A stretch of DNA of 64,000 nucleotides, taken from NCBI GenBank assembly GCA_963727805.1, contig CAVSHF010000003.1:992001-1056000 (forward strand). The letters are read 5' to 3'. The stretch is from an uncultured Nitrospiraceae bacterium (GTDB lineage Bacteria > Nitrospirota > Thermodesulfovibrionia > Thermodesulfovibrionales > Dissulfurispiraceae). The translations under genes and the position numbers were made by a program. The notes under the pieces were generated by a model. It was given only the letters and a program-made list of their open reading frames with translations. It had not been told where the DNA came from and searched no databases. Shown here in pieces: positions 61,225-64,000 of the stretch; positions within the stretch are counted from its first letter, which is position 1, and each line of letters begins with the position of its first letter.

Positions 61225-62154
61225 CTATTTCATTAGCAGACATACCATTGCTGCCGCAATCAAACACAACCCAGTTGACCAATCCTTGCCCGTCATTTTC
61301 CGATAATGATAAAGCCTTATCTCCCCAGAAAAACCTCGCGACAGCATGGCTTTGAAGACCTCATCACACTCCATCTGGGTCTTCTTAAAAACAAAGGCTA
61401 TCCTGCCGGCGATCCATTCGCGGGCCTCTGTCCTACCAGTGACGCTGGCAAGCCTGGCCTTTTTTGCAAGATACATGTCCGATACAATATGGGCGAATGT
61501 AAACATGTACTTGTACGTCATAGAGATAATGATAAGGAATGTGTCGGGGACCTTGATGATCTTCAGGGCCTTCACGATATCAGCAAAGGGAGTGGTATAA
61601 AGAATCAGAAAAGAGATCGAAAGCGAATTTAGCACCCTCAGCGTCAGAAGGGATATTATCGAAATCCCCCCTTCGGTAATCCCAATGATCTGCGGCACAT
61701 GATATATCCAGAAGTCGTACGAGCGAGACAATGTGAGCAGAAGGATGATGACTTTTCCCGGAACGATCACGTTCAGTGCCGATGGAGCGGACACGAGAAA
61801 GCCGAAGACAAAACCGAGCACAAGCACTTTTTTATAAAAGGCGATCATGTTGAGACGGCAGAGTGCGGTAAGGATGAAGACAAAAAGAGAGATCGTGGCC
61901 TCGGGAAGCACCGTCCTTTTCAGGCTTATCACGATGATTAGAACTATCCAGAAAACGATCTTTATTCTGGCGTCGAGGTCATGCAAAAAACTCCTCTTGG
62001 ACGATAAATCCCATTGGGTATATCCTTCGGTAAAAAGTTCAGCAAATCCCCGGATCCCCTTCTCAAGATAGGACATGTCAACACGTCCACCGCCCCGCAT
62101 CTGAGAAGATGCAGAAGAAGATTTCAGCAGAAAGGCCGGTATGTCATTTTTCAT
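61225..62154 (-). CDS. cbiQ: ECF Co/Ni transporter T component (CbiQ/NikQ)
   Basis: LDARIK, AKKAR and AMLSRGF motifs. Confidence 0.88.
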   Translation of the reverse strand: MKNDIPAFLLKSSSASSQMRGGGRVDMSYLEKGIRGFAELFTEGYTQWDLSSKRSFLHDLDARIKIVFWIVLIIVISLKRTVLPEATISLFVFILTALCRLNMIAFYKKVLVLGFVFGFLVSAPSALNVIVPGKVIILLLTLSRSYDFWIYHVPQIIGITEGGISIISLLTLRVLNSLSISFLILYTTPFADIVKALKIIKVPDTFLIIISMTYKYMFTFAHIVSDMYLAKKARLASVTGRTEAREWIAGRIAFVFKKTQMECDEVFKAMLSRGFSGEIRLYHYRKMTGKDWSTGLCLIAAAMVCLLMK

Positions 62155-62479
62155 GCTTGACCAGAATCTTTGAGATGATATAGAGAACTAAAGCTACAGC
62201 GGCTATACCAACAATGGCGGATCCTATGTATGAGACCGCTTGCGTACCAAAAGAGGCCCCTTCTCCACCGAAATTATAATCAGCGATTGGAGCCTTCCAG
62301 ATATCAGCAATTTTTTTCATCCCTTCAGGCACATACCCTAATATTTTTCCGAGTGCCTCGGTCCCCCATTCTCCCCATGCTTCACTAGCGCCTAATCTTT
62401 GGGGCAGATAGATGCCCAGAGGTGTGAGAAGCGCCATTATGCCTAATCCAACCCAAAGTTTCTTCTGGAATATCGTCAT
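62144..62479 (-). CDS. PDGLE/NikN-like ECF accessory membrane protein
   Basis: LLTPLG..AWGEWG..VPEGM..APIADY with two TMs. Confidence 0.82.
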   Translation of the reverse strand: MTIFQKKLWVGLGIMALLTPLGIYLPQRLGASEAWGEWGTEALGKILGYVPEGMKKIADIWKAPIADYNFGGEGASFGTQAVSYIGSAIVGIAAVALVLYIISKILVKHEK

Positions 62480-62480
62480 A

Positions 62481-63161
62481 TCAAGTCTCCTTTTCCGCAT
62501 AAAGTAGTCCTGATTCGTTTTTCATGAAGTATTTGAGAATCCAGGCCGTCATCATGCCCTCGACGATACCGAAAACTGCAAGGTGCTCTATCGCCATGGC
62601 GGGAATTGCGATCGACAGCGGATAGGGAGCATACAGAGGAACGCCATCCGGTCCTGCAGCGATAAGCGGCTGAATGCCGAATTCAATACCAGTAAGGATC
62701 GCGGCGAAAGAAAGACCTATATGCCCTGCAAAGAATGCGGCCAGATAGAATCTGGATCCGACTTTTGCTCTGCCCTTAATAAGCTTGAAGGTCCAGTAAG
62801 AGATGAAAGGCATCACCACGGCCATATTGAAGCAGTTGGCTCCGATCGCTGTAATCCCGCCATCGCCGAAGATGATTGCCTGGATTATCAGGACAACGGA
62901 GACGGTAAGGACAGCCGCCCACGGTCCCAAAATGATCGCTACTGTCCCGGCACCGACAGCATGCCCCGAAGTGCCTCCAGGAATCGGGATATTGAACATC
63001 ATGATGAGAAAGGAAAAGGCGGCAGCCATGGCTAGATAGGGAATGTGTTTATGCGACAGTTCGTTCCTTATCTTCTTCAGGGCTATAGCCCAAAATGCTA
63101 TTGAGACTCCATACAGCGGAATATATGTTTGGGGGCTCAAATATCCATCGGGTATATGCAT
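62481..63161 (-). CDS. cbiM: ECF Co/Ni S component (CbiM/NikM)
   Basis: MHIPDGYL N-terminus at ATG 63161 after GAGGAGGAG; GGTSGHAVG and GDGGITAIGAN motifs. Confidence 0.93.
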   Translation of the reverse strand: MHIPDGYLSPQTYIPLYGVSIAFWAIALKKIRNELSHKHIPYLAMAAAFSFLIMMFNIPIPGGTSGHAVGAGTVAIILGPWAAVLTVSVVLIIQAIIFGDGGITAIGANCFNMAVVMPFISYWTFKLIKGRAKVGSRFYLAAFFAGHIGLSFAAILTGIEFGIQPLIAAGPDGVPLYAPYPLSIAIPAMAIEHLAVFGIVEGMMTAWILKYFMKNESGLLYAEKET

Positions 63162-63171
63162 CTTCTCCTCC

Positions 63172-63465
63172 TCAGAATTTCCAGGTGATCCCGGCAACAT
63201 AGGTAATATCCTCTTCTGCTCTATTGAGGCTGCCCTTGATGCCGACGTCAAGGTCCAGATGTTCGGAAAGCGAACAAATGAGACCTCCCAAGATGAAAGC
63301 AATATGCACAGTATCATCCACGTCAGGATTCCTGTTGATGCCGATATTTGCCACCGCCCTCAGATCTTTCCCGACCTCTACCTCAGTAGCAAGGGAGGCA
63401 TGCCTAAGATTTTTTCTATCATGAGCAATGTTTTCGTTCCTCATATATCCAAGGTTCACATAATG
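63172..63465 (-). pseudogene. C-terminal remnant of an outer-membrane beta-barrel transporter
   Basis: VNLGYMRNEN..HASLATEVEV..LDLDVGIKG..YVAGITWKF: amphipathic strands and terminal Phe, but no signal peptide or N-terminal part. Confidence 0.6.
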
Positions 63466-63476
63466 CACACTCGAGT

Positions 63477-63538
63477 GAAAATAAAAAAGCCACGAAGACT
63501 TTTTTAGACCTGCAGGTCTTGTAGCAGCCTTCGTGGCT
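63477..63538 (-). terminator. Terminator-like hairpin in the leader of the Ni/Co uptake operon
   Basis: AGCCACGAAGGC..GTCTTCGTGGCT followed by TTTTTATTTT. Confidence 0.7.
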
Positions 63539-63549
63539 CTGCGATCTCT

Positions 63550-63578
63550 ACAATAGCAGAGAAGGACCTCTTTGTCAA
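63550..63578 (-). promoter_or_regulatory. Sigma70-type promoter for the Ni/Co operon
   Basis: TTGACA-17 nt-TATTGT, with TG one base upstream of the -10 element. Confidence 0.65.
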
Positions 63579-63650
63579 GACAGTCATGACTAAGAAAGTC
63601 GCAGTTTTCGATGATATCCCCGGCCTGCGAAAAGTGATACAATATCTCTT

Positions 63651-64000
63651 ATGCTCAGTAATTTCTCAGATCCATATTCCATTTCCGGACTGACCGCTCA
63701 GGTAAGCTTCGATTCGCTTAAAGGGTTTGTTTATGATATCGCGGGTCTCCGCCACGGCGGGGCGAATTATGACGCCCTTGAAGAAAGAGCCTTCTCTATC
63801 GAACAGTTTTTCCGCTCTCTGGAGTTGAGCGTTAAAAGCCAGCAGGTATCTTTTCATGGTAAAGCTTTTCGAAATATTATTGCGGACACAGGTGAACCCC
63901 GTGATGAAAAGGGAATGGTCCTTATCGGCGCCCACTATGATGCTGCACAAGGAAGCCCGGGTGCCGACGATAATGCAAGCGGGATTGCGGCTCTGCTCGA
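63651..64000 (+). CDS. M28 family peptidase (5' part, runs off the window)
   Basis: Open frame from ATG 63651 containing NIIA..IGAHYD..SPGADDNASGIAALL. Confidence 0.88.
   Translation, partial: MLSNFSDPYSISGLTAQVSFDSLKGFVYDIAGLRHGGANYDALEERAFSIEQFFRSLELSVKSQQVSFHGKAFRNIIADTGEPRDEKGMVLIGAHYDAAQGSPGADDNASGIAALL

Noticed and set aside
62481..63317. 278-aa extended CbiM
   Set aside because: CbiM/NikM needs a free MH N-terminus; the RBS supports ATG 63161 and the extension overlaps the porin remnant.
63666..63950. 94-aa minus-strand ORF
   Set aside because: Antisense shadow of the plus-strand M28 peptidase.

Overview
Bacterial chromosomal segment in standard code 11, from an anaerobe. The gene set (split-Soret cytochrome, hypD, larC, iorA, HEAT/HD-GYP pair) suggests a Thermodesulfovibrionia/Desulfobacterota-like organism; this is inference only. 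Bases 1-19400 form an accessory, partly decaying region downstream of tRNA-Thr(CGT). It holds three orphan histidine kinases, three pseudogenes, an IS110-like stub, a YeeE/YedE transporter and a 130-nt tRNA(Sec)-shaped tRNA with a Cys (GCA) anticodon and a 59-nt branched variable region. Bases 19400-49800 are mostly housekeeping: larC, iorA, hypD, moeA, pepA-pth-rplY-prs-tRNA-Gln-ispE, glgP, a nagZ/ampG/nagA recycling cluster, a tRNA nucleotidyltransferase and an OmpR-type two-component system. This part also has a radical SAM/SPASM gene followed by a 20-aa Cys-rich ORF absent from the ORF track (MIIKKVSKKVSLTCKCKGSC), a candidate minimal RiPP system. Bases 49900-64000 encode metal handling: a NosL/ABC module, CusCBA-type efflux and a CbiMNQO-type Ni/Co ECF transporter with a terminator-containing leader. 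All calls come from reading the sequence; no searches were run.
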